A stretch of DNA of 64,000 bases from Eledone cirrhosa. Lineage: Eukaryota. The position numbers and the translations under genes are program-made. Below are positions 1-12,892 of this stretch, one piece after another. The DNA lies in the NCBI GenBank assembly GCA_964016885.1, contig OZ024754.1:29946001-30010000 (forward strand), written 5' to 3'. Under the pieces are notes generated by a model that ran no database searches, had not been told where the DNA came from, and saw only the letters and a program-made list of their open reading frames with translations. How positions within the stretch are numbered: position 1 is the first letter of the stretch; the number at the start of each line of letters is the position of its first letter.

Positions 1-2
1 AT

Positions 3-1498
3 ACACACATTAGAAGTAAGTCTAAATTACTCCAATGGATAAATAGCTCTTCCGTAGTACATTGGTTTAATAATATTAAAAACAAAATCAGTTCTAGATT
101 CACCCAATTCGATATCGTAGATTTCTACCCATCTATTACTCAGACCCTTTTAGTGAAAGCTTTAAATTTCGCTAGAGGGTTCACTAATATCTCCGATATT
201 GAAGAGGATGTAATCTTGCATGCTAGGAACACTCTACTTTTTAATGATAATAACACTTGGGTAAAAATATCTAACCCAGAGAACCCATTCGATGTCTCAA
301 TGGGCTCTTATGACAGTGCCGAGGTTTGTGATCTGGTCGGCCTATTCCTCTTACATACACTTAAAGAAAAATTTCCTAACCATATTTTTGGGCTTTATCG
401 CGATGATGGTCTAATACTTTCCCATACCACCATAGGCCATAACTTAGATAGATTAAGGAAAGACTTAATAAAAACCTTTGCTAGTTTTAATCTTAAAATT
501 ACTATTGATACTAATCTTTCCAACGTAGATTTCCTAGATATAAACTTAGATTTGCCTACTGCTTCTTATAAACCATACCATAAACCTAATGAAAACTTAA
601 AATATATAAATAAAGGATCTTGCCATCCAACTATAGTTTTTAAAAACCTTATCCCTAATATTAGCCGTAGGATCTCCACCCTCTCTTCATCAGAAGCTAT
701 TTTCAATAAGGCATCCCCCTACTATAATAAAGCCCTCCAAAATAGCGGCTTTAGCGAACCAATTAAATACATACCTAACTACACTAACTCTATTAAACAT
801 AAAAATAGGAAAAGAAAAATAATCTGGTTCACACCCCCTACTCTCTAGCAGTTAAAACTAATGTAGGCAAAAAATTCCTAGAACTCCTAGATAAACATTT
901 CCCTAGAACACATAGATACTATAAGATCTTTAACAGAAACTGTGTTAAAATTAGCTATTCCTGCGGTCCCCCTATTAAGTCCTATATCCTCAACAAAACA
1001 TCACCTAGAGAAAATCAAACTTGCTCCTGTAGAATCAAAAGTGAATGCCCATTACAAGGTAAATGCAACACCAACGCCATTGTATATGCGGCTAATGTGA
1101 CAACTATCAGCAACAACCATCCAGTCACCAGTGAACGATATGTGGGTATGACGCAAGACAAATTCAAAACGCGTTATTACTCACATGTCGCATCCTTTCG
1201 ACATCCAGAAAAAAGATTTACAACAGCTCTGGCTAGCAGAATCTGGGATTTGAAAGACCAAGGCATCCAATATAAACTAGATTGGTCAATTTTGAACCAA
1301 TCTAAAAAATATGCTAGAGGAACAAGAAAATGCACGCTCTGCATAAATGAAAAATTTTGGATATTGCAAAATCTCAAATCACCAAAGACCTGCCTGAACA
1401 CAAAGACGGAAATTTTTACCAGTTGCCCACACATGAAATCACACCTGCTTTCCAGCTCATATAAACTTAACACACTTTCAGACACTTATCCTCCATAA
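3..1498 (+). pseudogene. PLE reverse transcriptase + GIY-YIG endonuclease with one frameshift at ~838
   Basis: FDIVDFYPSI, MGSYDSAEVCDLVGL, YRDDGL, FLD, IIWFTPP. After a 1-nt shift in a C run: KHFP..KIFNRNCVKISYSC, CSCRIKSECPLQGKC, IVY..YVGMT..FKTRY, CTLCINEK. Confidence 0.9.
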
Positions 1499-1887
1499 AC
1501 TCTGATTATTCTCTTTTTAATTACCCTTTCTGACTTACTTTCATTCTTATCCTTGTCAATAATTTCATTTATTTTCACTTTTTTTTTTTTTTTTTTTTTA
1601 CTCCCCCCCCCCCCTTATTCTCCGATCCACTTCCTATTTTCTATTTTTTACTTCCCCTTCTTTTACTTCCCTTGTTCCTCTACTAACTGATTATACTTGT
1701 CTTTTGTGTTTTTCAATCCACATATCTTTCATTTTTATTTTTATTTTATTTTTGCGCAGCCTATCCTACAATTTTATATTTGTATTTATTTATCCACATT
1801 TCAATATGGCTGAACGCCTTAATGTGTGTATACTTTTTTTACATATGCACATGAGTGACTACGTATGTGCGCGCGCGTGCGTGCATG

Positions 1888-1924
<37 letters not shown>

Positions 1925-2748
1925 GTACGTGTATGTATGCGTGTGTGTACTGGTGTTTGTGTGTGTGTGTGTGTGTATATTATGCGTATGTGTAAGTGTC
2001 TTTATATCCGTATTTTTGACATTTCGGTTTTATATTTTTTTGTTTCTTTTTTCTTTTTTCTTTTTTCTTTTTTCTTCTCCCCCCCCCCCCTTCCCTCTTT
2101 TGTTACTTACCCAGTTTCATACATGGGCATGCAAACAGGTTTAATTGCGCGAGTATAAGTATGTGTATGTGTGTGTGTGTATGTACGTATCGAACGTATG
2201 GAAGTGTAAGTGAGCGTGTGTATATAAGCATAATTATTTTTTTTTTACATTTCTTTTGTGAGACACGCGTGTCTGTGTATGTATGTACCCCCGCTTTTTT
2301 TGTTTTCTTTAATTTTTTCTTTCTATCTTGTCTTTCTAATTTATCGTTACTATATTTTTATAAATATATCGTAATAGATACTTTTCTTTTATTTATTATA
2401 CTCTCTTTATCTCCTTTCTTTCCGCATCTTAGTGTATGAGTGTCCAGGCGTTTTTATGCGCGCGACTTTATTTTCTTATTTTTACGAAGTAACCATTTCC
2501 GTCTGTATAATACAGACATATAGATACATTTGCCCTAAACTTTTATAATTACGCACACTTTCTAACCATACATTTACACGTGCACATATACATATATGCA
2601 CATCTATGAGCGTTTATACATACACATACACACACCTAACTATTTTTCTTGATAGATTTTTATATATTTCAATTTCTATTTCATTTATCTATATATTTTT
2701 TTTTTGATTTTCTTGATGTGTTTTTCTAAGTATTTGCCCATGTTTTAT

Positions 2749-2826
2749 ATTGCCTCGTCTGACGAACGAATGAAGTCGTTTATTTCGTATTCGCCTCATT
2801 CGGGAAACCTCTGGTAATGAGGTAAT
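2749..2826 (+). ncRNA. Type I hammerhead ribozyme, canonical core
   Basis: attgcctcgt-CTGACGA-(cgaatga/tcattcg stem II)-GAAAC-ctctg-GTA-atgaggtaat; 10-bp helix I. Confidence 0.85.
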
Positions 2827-2921
2827 TATATTGTATTGATTTTATACATAAATTTTGCTCTGATATTTACATAGAGCACTCTTCATTTCTATGACCTTTT
2901 CTGTTTCCAACTGAAATTTCA

Positions 2922-2959
<38 letters not shown>

Positions 2960-3220
2960 GGAAAAAATGAAACGAAATTTCATTTCCCACTCTTAGTACG
3001 GCTGTTACTTAAATATAAGTATGTACACGTACATACATATATGTATACAGACGTACAGTAGTATGTATATATATATACATACATGCACACATATATATAT
3101 ATACGTATGGATCCACCGAACATTTATTATAATGCTCGGTGTGTTTGTAAACAAACATCCCCTATTGAACTGTAGTGTCTAGCAACCGTCGTTGCTCGTT
3201 TGTTCAACACTGACAAAGGA

Positions 3221-3263
3221 ACGCTGTACTAGTTTCAAGCTTATTAGCTATCGTCAGCAACGT
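3221..3263 (-). ncRNA. Minimal type I HHR (tandem unit 1)
   Basis: acgttg-CTGACGA-tagctaataagctt-GAAAC-ta-GTA-cagcgt; palindromic ACTAGT stem III. Confidence 0.85.
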
Positions 3264-3636
3264 ATACCTTCCTGCCAGATTGTTGAACGTATATACTTAC
3301 CTTATGCATATTAACGGCTGAGTAGCCCAATTTGCATGTCGAGTGGGTTAATCGGCCGGGTGCACCGAAAACGATAACGGAAAAAATGAAACGAAATTTC
3401 ATTTCCCACTCTTAGTACGGCTGTTACTTAAATATAAGTATGTATACGTACATACATATATGTATACAGATGTACAGTAGTATGTATATATATAAACACA
3501 CATGCACACATATATATGTACGTATGGATTCACCGAACATTTATTATAATGCTCGGTGTGTTTGTAAACAAAATCCCGTATTAAGCCGTAGTGTCTAGCA
3601 ACCATCGTTGCTCGTTTGTTCAACACTGACAAAGGA

Positions 3637-3679
3637 ACGCTGTACTAGTTTCAAGCTTATTAGCTATCGTCAGCAACGT
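3637..3679 (-). ncRNA. Minimal type I HHR (tandem unit 2)
   Basis: Identical motif 416 bp from the first. Confidence 0.85.
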
Positions 3680-4028
3680 ATACCTTCCTGCCAGATTGTT
3701 GAACGTATATACTTAACTTATGCACATTAACGGCTGAGTAGCCCAATTTGCATATCGAGTGGTTAATCGGCCGGGTGCACCGAAAACGATAAACGGAAAA
3801 AATGAAACGAAATTTCATTTCCCACTCTTAGTACGGCTGTTACTTAAATATAAGTATGTACACGTACATACATATATGTATACATCCGTACAGTAGTATG
3901 TATATATATATACACACATGCATACATATATATATATGTACGTATGGATTCACCGAACATTTATTATTACTTAGCCGTTAATATGCATAAGGTAAGTATA
4001 TACGTTCAACAATCTGGCAAGAAGGTAT

Positions 4029-4071
4029 ACGTTGCTGACGATAGCTAATAAGCTTGAAACTAGTACAGCGT
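4029..4071 (+). ncRNA. Minimal type I HHR (inverted unit)
   Basis: acgttgCTGACGAtagctaataagcttGAAACtaGTAcagcgt. Confidence 0.85.
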
Positions 4072-4294
4072 TCCTTTGTCAGTGTTGAACAAACGAGCAA
4101 CGATGGTTGCTAGACACTACGGCTTAATACGGGATGTTTGTTTACAAACACACCGAACATTATAATAAATATTCGGTGAATCCATACGTACATACATATA
4201 TGTGTGCATGTGTGTATATATATATACATATACTGTACGTCTGTATACATATATGTATGTACGTGTACATACTTATATATATATATATATTTAT

Positions 4295-4485
4295 AAAAAT
4301 AACAGATTAAAGTTTAAGCAAAGCATCGCTGCTTTCACCCTTAACGGGATCTTAAGGGTGAAAGCAGCGATTTTTTGCTTAAACTTTAATCTGTTATTTT
4401 AATAAATATTTGCTCTACGGTTCTTATATATTTGATATATATTTATCCTTATCGAGCCCTCTTTGGATTTTAGTCTTCAAATTTA
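4295..4485 (+). mobile_element. pLTR fragment with fold-back hairpin (family also at 16590-16925 and 36545-36647)
   Basis: ~52-bp inverted arms around ~4350, followed by a tail near-identical to 16830-16920. Confidence 0.7.
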
Positions 4486-4499
4486 TTATTATTATTATT

Positions 4500-4680
4500 G
4501 TGGATTGGCAGTATCGGTAGAGGATCGGGCGCCATGCTTTCCAGCATAGTTACGTCCCTTTACGATCTGAGTTCAAATCCCGCCGAGGTTGACTTTGCCT
4601 TTCATCCTTACGGGGTCGATAAAATAAAGTACCAGTAATGCACTGGGTAATTGCTGGCCTTGTGCCTAAAGTAAAAATAA
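4500..4680 (+). mobile_element. tRNA-derived SINE, family A
   Basis: A box tggcagtatcgg, B box gagttcaaatcc, core gcctttcatccttacggggtcgataaaataaagtaccag; multiple copies in the window. Confidence 0.85.
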
Positions 4681-4696
4681 TAATAAGTATTATTAT

Positions 4697-4733
<37 letters not shown>

Positions 4734-4762
4734 AAAGAATAGAGGTGTAACACACAAGTTAT

Positions 4763-5143
4763 TATATATTGGTAAACGGAATAGAAAATGCTGACAAATT
4801 GTTCACAGTTGAAAAATGGTTTAATTAGGAATAAAAGAGTATTAGTGATTGTATGGGTTAGTATTCAGTTGTGGTTTTAAGTTTTTAAGTTTTTACCGGT
4901 TGCGCATTTCTAAATGCTTTTCAAAAATAATTTTGAGATAGAGTGTCCGTGCTGTCAAACAGCACGGACACTCTATCTCAAAATTATTTTTGAAAAGCAT
5001 TTAGAAATGCGCAACCGGTAAAAACTTAAAAACTTAAAACCACAACTGAATACTAACCCATACAATCACTAATACTCTTTTATTCCTAATTAAACCATTT
5101 TTCAACTGTGAACAATTTGTCAGCATTTTCTATTCCGTTTACC

Positions 5144-5150
<7 letters not shown>
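4763..5150. repeat. Perfect ~190-bp-arm palindrome (5-nt loop) from a pLTR; each arm has a degenerate UUGAAAA-type HHR
   Basis: ...gtgtccgtgctg-tcaaa-cagcacggacac...; arm motif TTGAAAA-gcattt ag aaatgc-GCAA-ccgGTA-aaa at 4987-5023. Confidence 0.85.
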
Positions 5151-5178
<28 letters not shown>

Positions 5179-5183
5179 ATATA

Positions 5184-6009
5184 TATAATTGGAAATCAGT
5201 AAAATCGAATCTCTGGCGGTTTGCAAGTGAATTCGGCCTACTTATATGATGTGATGAGTTAGCAAAGCACTCGATAAGGTAGGTCCTTAGAGTAATAACA
5301 TACGTTTAAATAGCTTGACAAATCGAACATTGTGGTAGGCTAAACTAACACACAATATAAACCAAAGCAACGATAGAACTAATCAGGTTGAGAAAAAGTA
5401 CACCTGTAAAGTCGTTCCTAAGTGTTTCTTTGAATCCGAAATCAAATATCAGACTTACTTGAAGGGCAAGCTCCTGGTATCGGCGATCGAACGTAGGATT
5501 CAGTTTATCAACAGGTTTATCGCTCTTCCTGGGATCTGAGTGATAAATTATATGTTGCTGCTATAAGCTGCTAATCGTATCTATAATTATCACGTGCTAA
5601 TTCCGGCAAGGGAAATAACCCCCGGTCCCTGGCGGTTATTCAAAAACTTAGCGAAAAAGGAAATATTTTTAATTTCCGCTAATCATCATGATAAACTCTC
5701 GACTAGATGTTATAAAACAAACACTAATAATTAATCAATCAACAGAATTGTCTAATTAAATTAATTAGTTAATTGTTAAATGTAGGAGAATAATATAATT
5801 GGAAATCAGTAAAATCGAATCTCTGACGGTTTGCAAGTGAATTCGGCCTACTTATATGAAGTGATGAGTTAGCAAAGCACTCGATAAGGTAGGTCCTTAG
5901 AGTAATAACATACGTTTAAATATCTTGACAAATCGAACATTGTGGTAGGCTAAACTAACACACAATATATATACCAGAGCAACAATAGAACTAATCAGGT
6001 TGAGAAAAA
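5184..6009. repeat. Element with ~213-bp direct terminal repeats (5184-5397, 5793-6009) between (TA)n tracts; probable partial-tandem pLTR
   Basis: tataattggaaatcagtaaaatcg...caggttgagaaaaa occurs twice. Confidence 0.75.
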
Positions 6010-6054
6010 TATGTATATATATATATATATAAATACATATATATATATACATTT

Positions 6055-6195
6055 AGTCAAGAATTAACCGTAGAAACGGCTTGAGCTCAGCCGTCGGGGT
6101 CCTACTCGTTCCTATTACCCACTCTACTACCCGAAGTATTGAGTACTTTGGTGCGTTATGGTCCATCTGGTTCCTTACCACATTTCCTTCGTTAT
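6055..6195 (+). mobile_element. pLTR tail fragment (related to 49888-50032 and 51565-51690)
   Basis: Shared cggggtcc and attacccactctactacc..ttccttcgtt sequence; starts at the GAAAC half of an HHR. Confidence 0.6.
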
Positions 6196-6205
6196 ATATA
6201 AATAC

Positions 6206-6334
<129 letters not shown>

Positions 6335-6342
6335 TATATAAA

Positions 6343-6492
6343 CGTGGTTGGTGTTAGGAAGAGCATCCAGCCAGACAGCCCTATACGAGCGAGACATGGT
6401 CACCCGACCAATCTTGCCTCAAGTAGGATAATTCCTGTTTAAACCCATGCTAGCGTGGAAGATAGACGTTAAATGTTGATGATGATGATGTT
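6343..6492 (+). mobile_element. SINE 3' part with Nin-like domain and (GAT)n tail
   Basis: tggttggtgttaggaagagcatccagc...acccatgctagcgtggaa..gacgttaaatg(atg)n. Confidence 0.65.
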
Positions 6493-6711
6493 GATATATA
6501 TATATATATATATATAAATGTTTTTCTCTATATATTAAGTATTATTTCAAGAGTAACTTACTATTTTGAAATATTTGGACTGTGAACAACAATTATAATT
6601 GAGTGGCTGCTATTTGGAGTATAGCAATATAAGGTGGCACTTACCAATGAAACGGTCATAAATACCTGGATAAAATCCTTCTCTTAATGCTTACCTGTGT
6701 TTTCTCTTTTA

Positions 6712-6757
<46 letters not shown>

Positions 6758-6988
6758 AAGGTGAGTTAGAAATTCAAAATACTCTCTAACAATAAAATAG
6801 CTCAAGGAAAGAGATTTTTCCGACCCTATAGTATAATTGAATATAAAAGAGAGATAAACACAGATTCAAATCGTAAGGGACCAGATTCACTAGGGTGAAA
6901 CAGATACTAACTATAGACAATAGGGTTTGCCAGACTCAATTTAAGAATAAATTAAGAAAATAAATACAAACCGATATTGTGGTAACTA

Positions 6989-7063
6989 CCAGACAGCGTT
7001 TGATGATGCTATTTCGCAAATTAATTGTGAAGAGAATTACCAATTCTTTTGCTCATCAATGGG
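6989..7063 (-). ncRNA. Degenerate HHR in a pLTR fragment (~6755-7130)
   Basis: cca-TTGATGA-gcaaa..tttgc-GAAAtagc..gctGTC-tgg; C3 mutated. Confidence 0.5.
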
Positions 7064-7224
7064 TGTAAAATTAGTAAACTCTTCACTTCTAAGTATCTCA
7101 GAAGACTGAATAGTGTGCGTATATAAAATAACGGACATGACATCAGAACCTAGCGTGTCTCACGCTATATTTGGTTATATTCGGCTATATTCGGCTCCTC
7201 CAATTTGTCGAGCTAATTTAAATG

Positions 7225-7835
7225 TCGAGCAAACGTCAGAGTTGGCAAGCCACGACGGTCAGGCGGTAGCAGATGACGGATGCGATGTACGCATTCGCCA
7301 CCTCTTTCAGGGACAGCTGCCTCTCGGGCCATTTCTGAGTGAAAGATTCCACTCGTCACCTCGCTCCAGTTTTACTCCATCTGGAGGTCCGGACCGAACC
7401 AGACCTCGAGTGGTCCTTCCGTCCAGCGCCCCACCACGCTGTCGGACGGCATGGACGTGTCTCTCCAGGTGCCAAACTGCAATCCCACTTTCTTTTCCTG
7501 GTTTATCTTTGCTCCTGTCACCGCTTCGTATTCCTTGAGAGCAGTGCCGAGCATCTGGACGTGTCTGGTGCTCGACGCCACCACGGTGACGTCGTTGGCG
7601 TTAGCCGATACGGATCTCCCGCTTCCCATTTCGCGTGGGACGCCTCTATTCGCCTCCAAATTGCGCAGTAACTGCTCGAGAGCCAATACGTACAAGAGGG
7701 ATGAGAGAGGACAACCCTGGCGGACCGAGCGCATGATGCTAAACGGCTGCGACAGGTGACCGTTCACCCTCACAACCGAGCAGATATCGCTGTGCATCGC
7801 AGTGATCCAACCCCTGAAAACGGGCCCTGACAACT
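7225..7835 (-). pseudogene. Tx1/L1-clade LINE RT fragment, third subfamily
   Basis: GPVFRGWI..RQGCPLSSLLYVLALE..WFGPDLQ, homologous to 52413-55844; catalytic motif decayed. Confidence 0.9.
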
Positions 7836-8477
7836 ATGGTGGGAGTGCACTCGTCCGTGGAATGCTCATCCACTTGTACTTTTATAGAAGATGGATTGAA
7901 TATATAATTCAAAGGGCCCCAGCCATTTCATATATTATGTTATGCTGAATCTCCCTGAGAACAGTGGAATTCTGAGCAACTTGCCGGTTAATTTCATCCC
8001 AAGCAGTCTGTTCTGTTGTTTAAACAACTAGACTACTGGTCATTGGAACGTACGTATATCGAAACAAACACCAAACAATACAAGTTTAGGAAGAGATGAG
8101 TTAGACATAAGTATGATATTATATAAATAACCTGAAACATGGTCGATGACCGATTGAAAGAAAGTATAGAGGTGAATAATGAGAGTTATTCATCTTTAAA
8201 GATGGGCGGGGTGGAGAGCGGGAAACTTATAATCGTCTTAGTATATATCTCATCAGTTTTGACATTTATCCTTTATATATGTCTTCAGGATGGGTATTGT
8301 CGCATCATTCCAGAGAACAGTTTATCTCAGGCATAATCTATCAATCATAAATTTTCTCTTAATGCTGCTATTTCCTTTTCTGTTGTCATTTGTAAACTTT
8401 TGTTGAATATTTGAGAAATATCTGCTTTTAACAGAATCTAGTCTTGTCTAGCTTAAAGTCTGTCTCAAGACAGGAGG

Positions 8478-8617
8478 CTCATGAGGTCAGTGCTTAATCC
8501 GGTATTGTGGCATGAAGCGACTGAAAGTAAAAGACTTCCCCCTGGTCAGGACACCAGTCCATCGCAGGGTTAAACCCCCAACTACTGCTGGCACTCATTT
8601 CAGCTGAGTATACTGCT
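8478..8617 (-). mobile_element. SINE 3' half
   Basis: Reverse strand reads aaccctgcgatggactggtgtcctgaccagggg..gtcgcttcatgccac. Confidence 0.55.
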
Positions 8618-9683
8618 AACACAGAAATATGAATATTTGTAGAACTTTCTCAGCAGTACTGAGTTTTTAAATTATATTGATTATACTTAAACATGTTGTA
8701 TATGAGTCTATATATTCTGACGCACACTATGTTAATTAGTTATATCGCTAATAACTACTAACCAATGAACTCTTGTACTATATGTAAATCACACTTCAGC
8801 AAGAACAATTTATTCACAAAATCTATAAAACGACATTGTTTCATATTTTGGCATCTGGACATGAGCGAGTGGTGACGAAGAGAAACGACTGTGAAATGCG
8901 CCCATCGTATTACCCTCGATATCATCCAAAGCTAGATTAAATATATGTTTATTATACATAAACATATTGAATATGGATTCATATTTTGAATCATACTGTG
9001 TTAGTGCTATCGTTGTCATAACAAAGGTAATACTTATGACCCTTCACCGAACTATCCTTGAATTATAAGAGGAGGAAAGGAAGAGACGAAGACATCCTAA
9101 GGTATGGGGACATAGCACAAACATTTACAGCAGAATGTACTCCACAAATGGAACGCAAGACAAGGCGGTGATGTTCGAACTAGCCACGAAAAGAATAGTC
9201 CACCCAGCCGTCAAGCTTACACACACCTTGACCCAGAACTATAGTAGAAGATAATTTCCCTCACTTCCATATGATGAGATTGAACTGGAAACCATGTGGT
9301 TATGAAGCAAATCTCTGAACTAAAAAACCATGCCTAAGCCAATTCTGTTCATAGCTTCTTTCTTTTATGTCCTGCACATAAATTTAAATTCCCTAAAAAT
9401 ATATGAACGGTCTTAAACAATGTTTTCAACATTTAAGTTGCACTGGTTCTTCTGTGTATTTCACCTTATTAATTCAGTATTCCTTCTCCATTTGAATTGC
9501 TAATTTGCTTGATGCTAGGGTTGAAGTTATATAGTTGAGGTTTGTATATATCTGTGACTAAATAGATATACATACACAAACATACAAGACACAGAAATTG
9601 ATATCAAGAACATAACAATACGAAGACAAAATAAAATGGAAGTTAATGTTATTAGTTTAATGTTTACCAGAACATATAATATA

Positions 9684-9716
9684 TTGACGCTTCGGATACA
9701 GATCCTTCTTCGAAAA
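9684..9716 (-). ncRNA. Decayed HHR relic in a PLE-like tail (~9600-10205)
   Basis: tcgaaga-aggat ctgt atcc-GAAGC-GTC; core substitutions. Confidence 0.35.
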
Positions 9717-10235
9717 TGGGGAGGAAAAGAGACACACTTGACGAAGGAAAACTAAGAATTAAATGTGAAAAAAAGATATAAGGGATGAAATAATAGAAGA
9801 TCAGAGGGAAATAAATGTTAATGTAATTAATTTAAGCTTCGTAGAAATATACATTTTTAGATTTGCGTTTCGGACAAACAGGAGAAAAATATGAAAATAG
9901 GGACAGAAAAAATTAATAAAAGCATAGATTTGATAAACCAGGTGTGTACTTCGTTTCAATATTAATATTAAACGGAAGTAAAAATAGCGAATAACGCGTT
10001 TTCTAAGGTATAGAGTGTGAGATAGGATTGAATATTTTATAATAGCAGATATATATGGAGTTAAATGACCTTGTGATGGTGTTTATTGATGTATTTGATA
10101 TAATGCATGCAACGTTTGTGTGTAGAATTTATATGTGTGTATATGTATGAAGATACGTATAAATGAGTGTGTATACGTGTTTACTCCTTTACTTCTAACT
10201 GGATTTCCTATATATATATATATATATATTTATTC

Positions 10236-10297
<62 letters not shown>

Positions 10298-10306
10298 TTA
10301 TGTGTG

Positions 10307-10431
<125 letters not shown>

Positions 10432-10602
10432 TGTATATATATATATATAGAGATATACATACACACACACATATATATATGTGTGAGTTTGAATTATTTT
10501 TCCCACATCTTACGTTAACTATTTTTCCCATTTTGACGCTATAGTCACTTATATATTATGGAATACTGTTGGCTTTTTGCTACAATATTTTCTATACCTT
10601 TC

Positions 10603-10653
<51 letters not shown>

Positions 10654-10659
<6 letters not shown>

Positions 10660-10748
10660 CGAAAATGCAACTGGAGTCTTATTTTTAAAAATATATATAT
10701 ATTTATTTGGTTCCTTTACCGATTTCCCAGTTCTTCTGCTTTTCAAAT
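10654..10748 (-). mobile_element. pLTR fragment of the 33925-36155 family with UUGAAAA-core HHR (5' helix I lost)
   Basis: Near-identical to 33934-34028. Confidence 0.8.
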
Positions 10749-11003
10749 ATATATATATATATACATAAATAAATACATAAATATACATAAATATACATAA
10801 ATATATATAAATACATAAATATACATAAATATACATAAATACATAAATATACATAAATAAATACATATAAATACAGAATAGCTGGACACTCACAGTAAAG
10901 TGTCCAGTGAAAAACTCGGTACATCTACATATGTACACGTGTGTGTATTCATATGCATACTAGTATTTCAGTATACATATGTGGATGTACATTTTGAACT
11001 TAA

Positions 11004-11112
<109 letters not shown>

Positions 11113-11607
11113 ATCATGCATATAGTTTCATTCGTTGTAAAATTAGATAATATTAATTGTATTTCCAACTTAAATTTAGAACAATATTTATTCGGAAAAT
11201 AATTGTATATGATGTTGGTTTGTTACTGATATTTGTTTCTATTTAAGGGAATATAAATGTTTTCCTTTATTAATTGTGATTCTACTCATAGTAATTAATA
11301 ATTCATATAGTGAAGATAATTATTGCTCTATTATAAGAACTTTGTTGAGTTATGTAATTAGATTTTCTATAAACGGTAATGGCTATGTACTTTTATTTTT
11401 GAATAAACTTCTCTTGCTTCTTTGTTAAGAAATAGATAAATCTAAATGTGCTATTTAGAATGAATAAATTGCTCTTTATTAATATATTAATCAGAACGAG
11501 TTTCTGTAAAGCAATCAGGGGCGTGGTCTAGTGGTTAGGCTCACGATGATTAAGTCAGAGATTCGTTTTCTTTCCTGAACTGAGACACTTTTCATGTTAA
11601 TCTAACT

Positions 11608-12020
11608 CAGAGATTCTCAAACCTTTTGGGCCACTGCCCCTCTCACGGCCACGTAATACCCTCAGCACCCCCATCCATATTCCCAGAGAGTCCTGCCTAA
11701 ACGCAAATTGTAAATAATACATAATAGATAAAATCGTTAATTTATATATAATAAATAATTGTTTCTACTTTAGGCACAAGGCCAGCAATAACCCAGTGCA
11801 TTACTGGTACTTTATTTTATCGACCATAATACAATATAGACTATGTATAAATATTTTTTTTTAAATTTTACTATACTTATAATATTATCATTTGATATTT
11901 AATAAGCTATTTGATCATCTCTAACCCCTCACCGCTCCATTAGGCCCCAGCGTCCTCTAGACCTTCTCAACGCCCCCCCCCCCCCCCCCAGAGTGATAGC
12001 ACCCTCTATGAGAACCTCTG
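11608..12020. mobile_element. hAT-Charlie-like MITE with a nested SINE A 3' fragment (11755-11825, -)
   Basis: TIRs cagagattctca / tgagaacctctg; flanks atctaact and ctctagcc resemble the NTCTAGAN target. Confidence 0.65.
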
Positions 12021-12892
12021 CTCTAGCCAAAGCAAGCTAGCACAAGAATTAGCTGTTGCTTAACCTTTTAACGAACTGGAGTGTCTTGTATTCACGGTAG
12101 CTTGGCTCCAGTGAACTTGAGATATGCTTGCTATAGCCTAAAGTTCTTCTGGTCTTCACAGAGACTTTACATATTTAAACATTACCAAATCAAGCAATAT
12201 CTTAAGAAACAGGTTTTCTATAGGCCACTATCTTTAATCATCTTTAATCATCTAAACAGTCTTCAGTTCCTTCTCAAGCTGATGAGTTGAAATTACCCAT
12301 GATTATAAATGGATGCTCTCATCTACCTCTAAGTTTATGTAGTTGCTATTCTATCGTATCATAGAGCACCAACGACACGACCTCATCACATTCCCCTGCT
12401 TCACCTTGTTTTTGTGAGCTCACAAATTAAGGATGAAGGATAGAACAAAGGAGGGAGACAAAATAACAAATTGGTCACTGAGGAGATCACAGAATGTGTG
12501 ACAAAAGAGCTTTGACAATAAACAAATAAACAACCATCCGGTTATTAAACCAACAGACTGGAAATTTAAATTAAATTTTAATTTGAAAACCAACAGGTGC
12601 GTGTTGTTGCTGACAGCATGGCCCACCCAAAGTGTAATAATAATATATATATACATATATATTCATTAGTTAAGCAAAACAAGACCACAAATTTCACAAG
12701 GAAGACATTATTAAAAGATTGTCAACATATTTAGTTTGATGTAAGGAATGTAGAGAATAATAATAATAATAATATTAATAATAATAATGCCCGTTTACAA
12801 TTGTTTCGCTACTCCGTATAATATTTCTGGATCAGATGACTATGTATCATAATTGATCTGGTTCAGTTGAAAATAATTAACATATTTAAAAA

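Larger units (their letters stand above)
1..2925 (+). mobile_element. Penelope-like element (Naiad-like, tentative); 5' part lies outside the window; long 3' UTR/pLTR ending in (TA)n
   Basis: RT plus C-terminal GIY-YIG coding region, ~1.4 kb T-rich tail with an HHR at 2749-2826, then (TA)n. Confidence 0.9.
2956..4275. repeat. ~416-420 bp tandem repeat (2.4 units) followed by an inverted partial unit; each full unit carries an HHR
   Basis: Units start at 2956, 3376 and 3791 (aacggaaaaaatgaaacg); inverted segment ~3970-4275; flanked by (TA)n. Confidence 0.9.

Noticed and set aside
8810-9090. Possible host exon (69-aa ORF on the minus strand after a pyrimidine tract)
   Set aside because: In-frame stop just after the candidate acceptor, no recognisable domain and no partner exons
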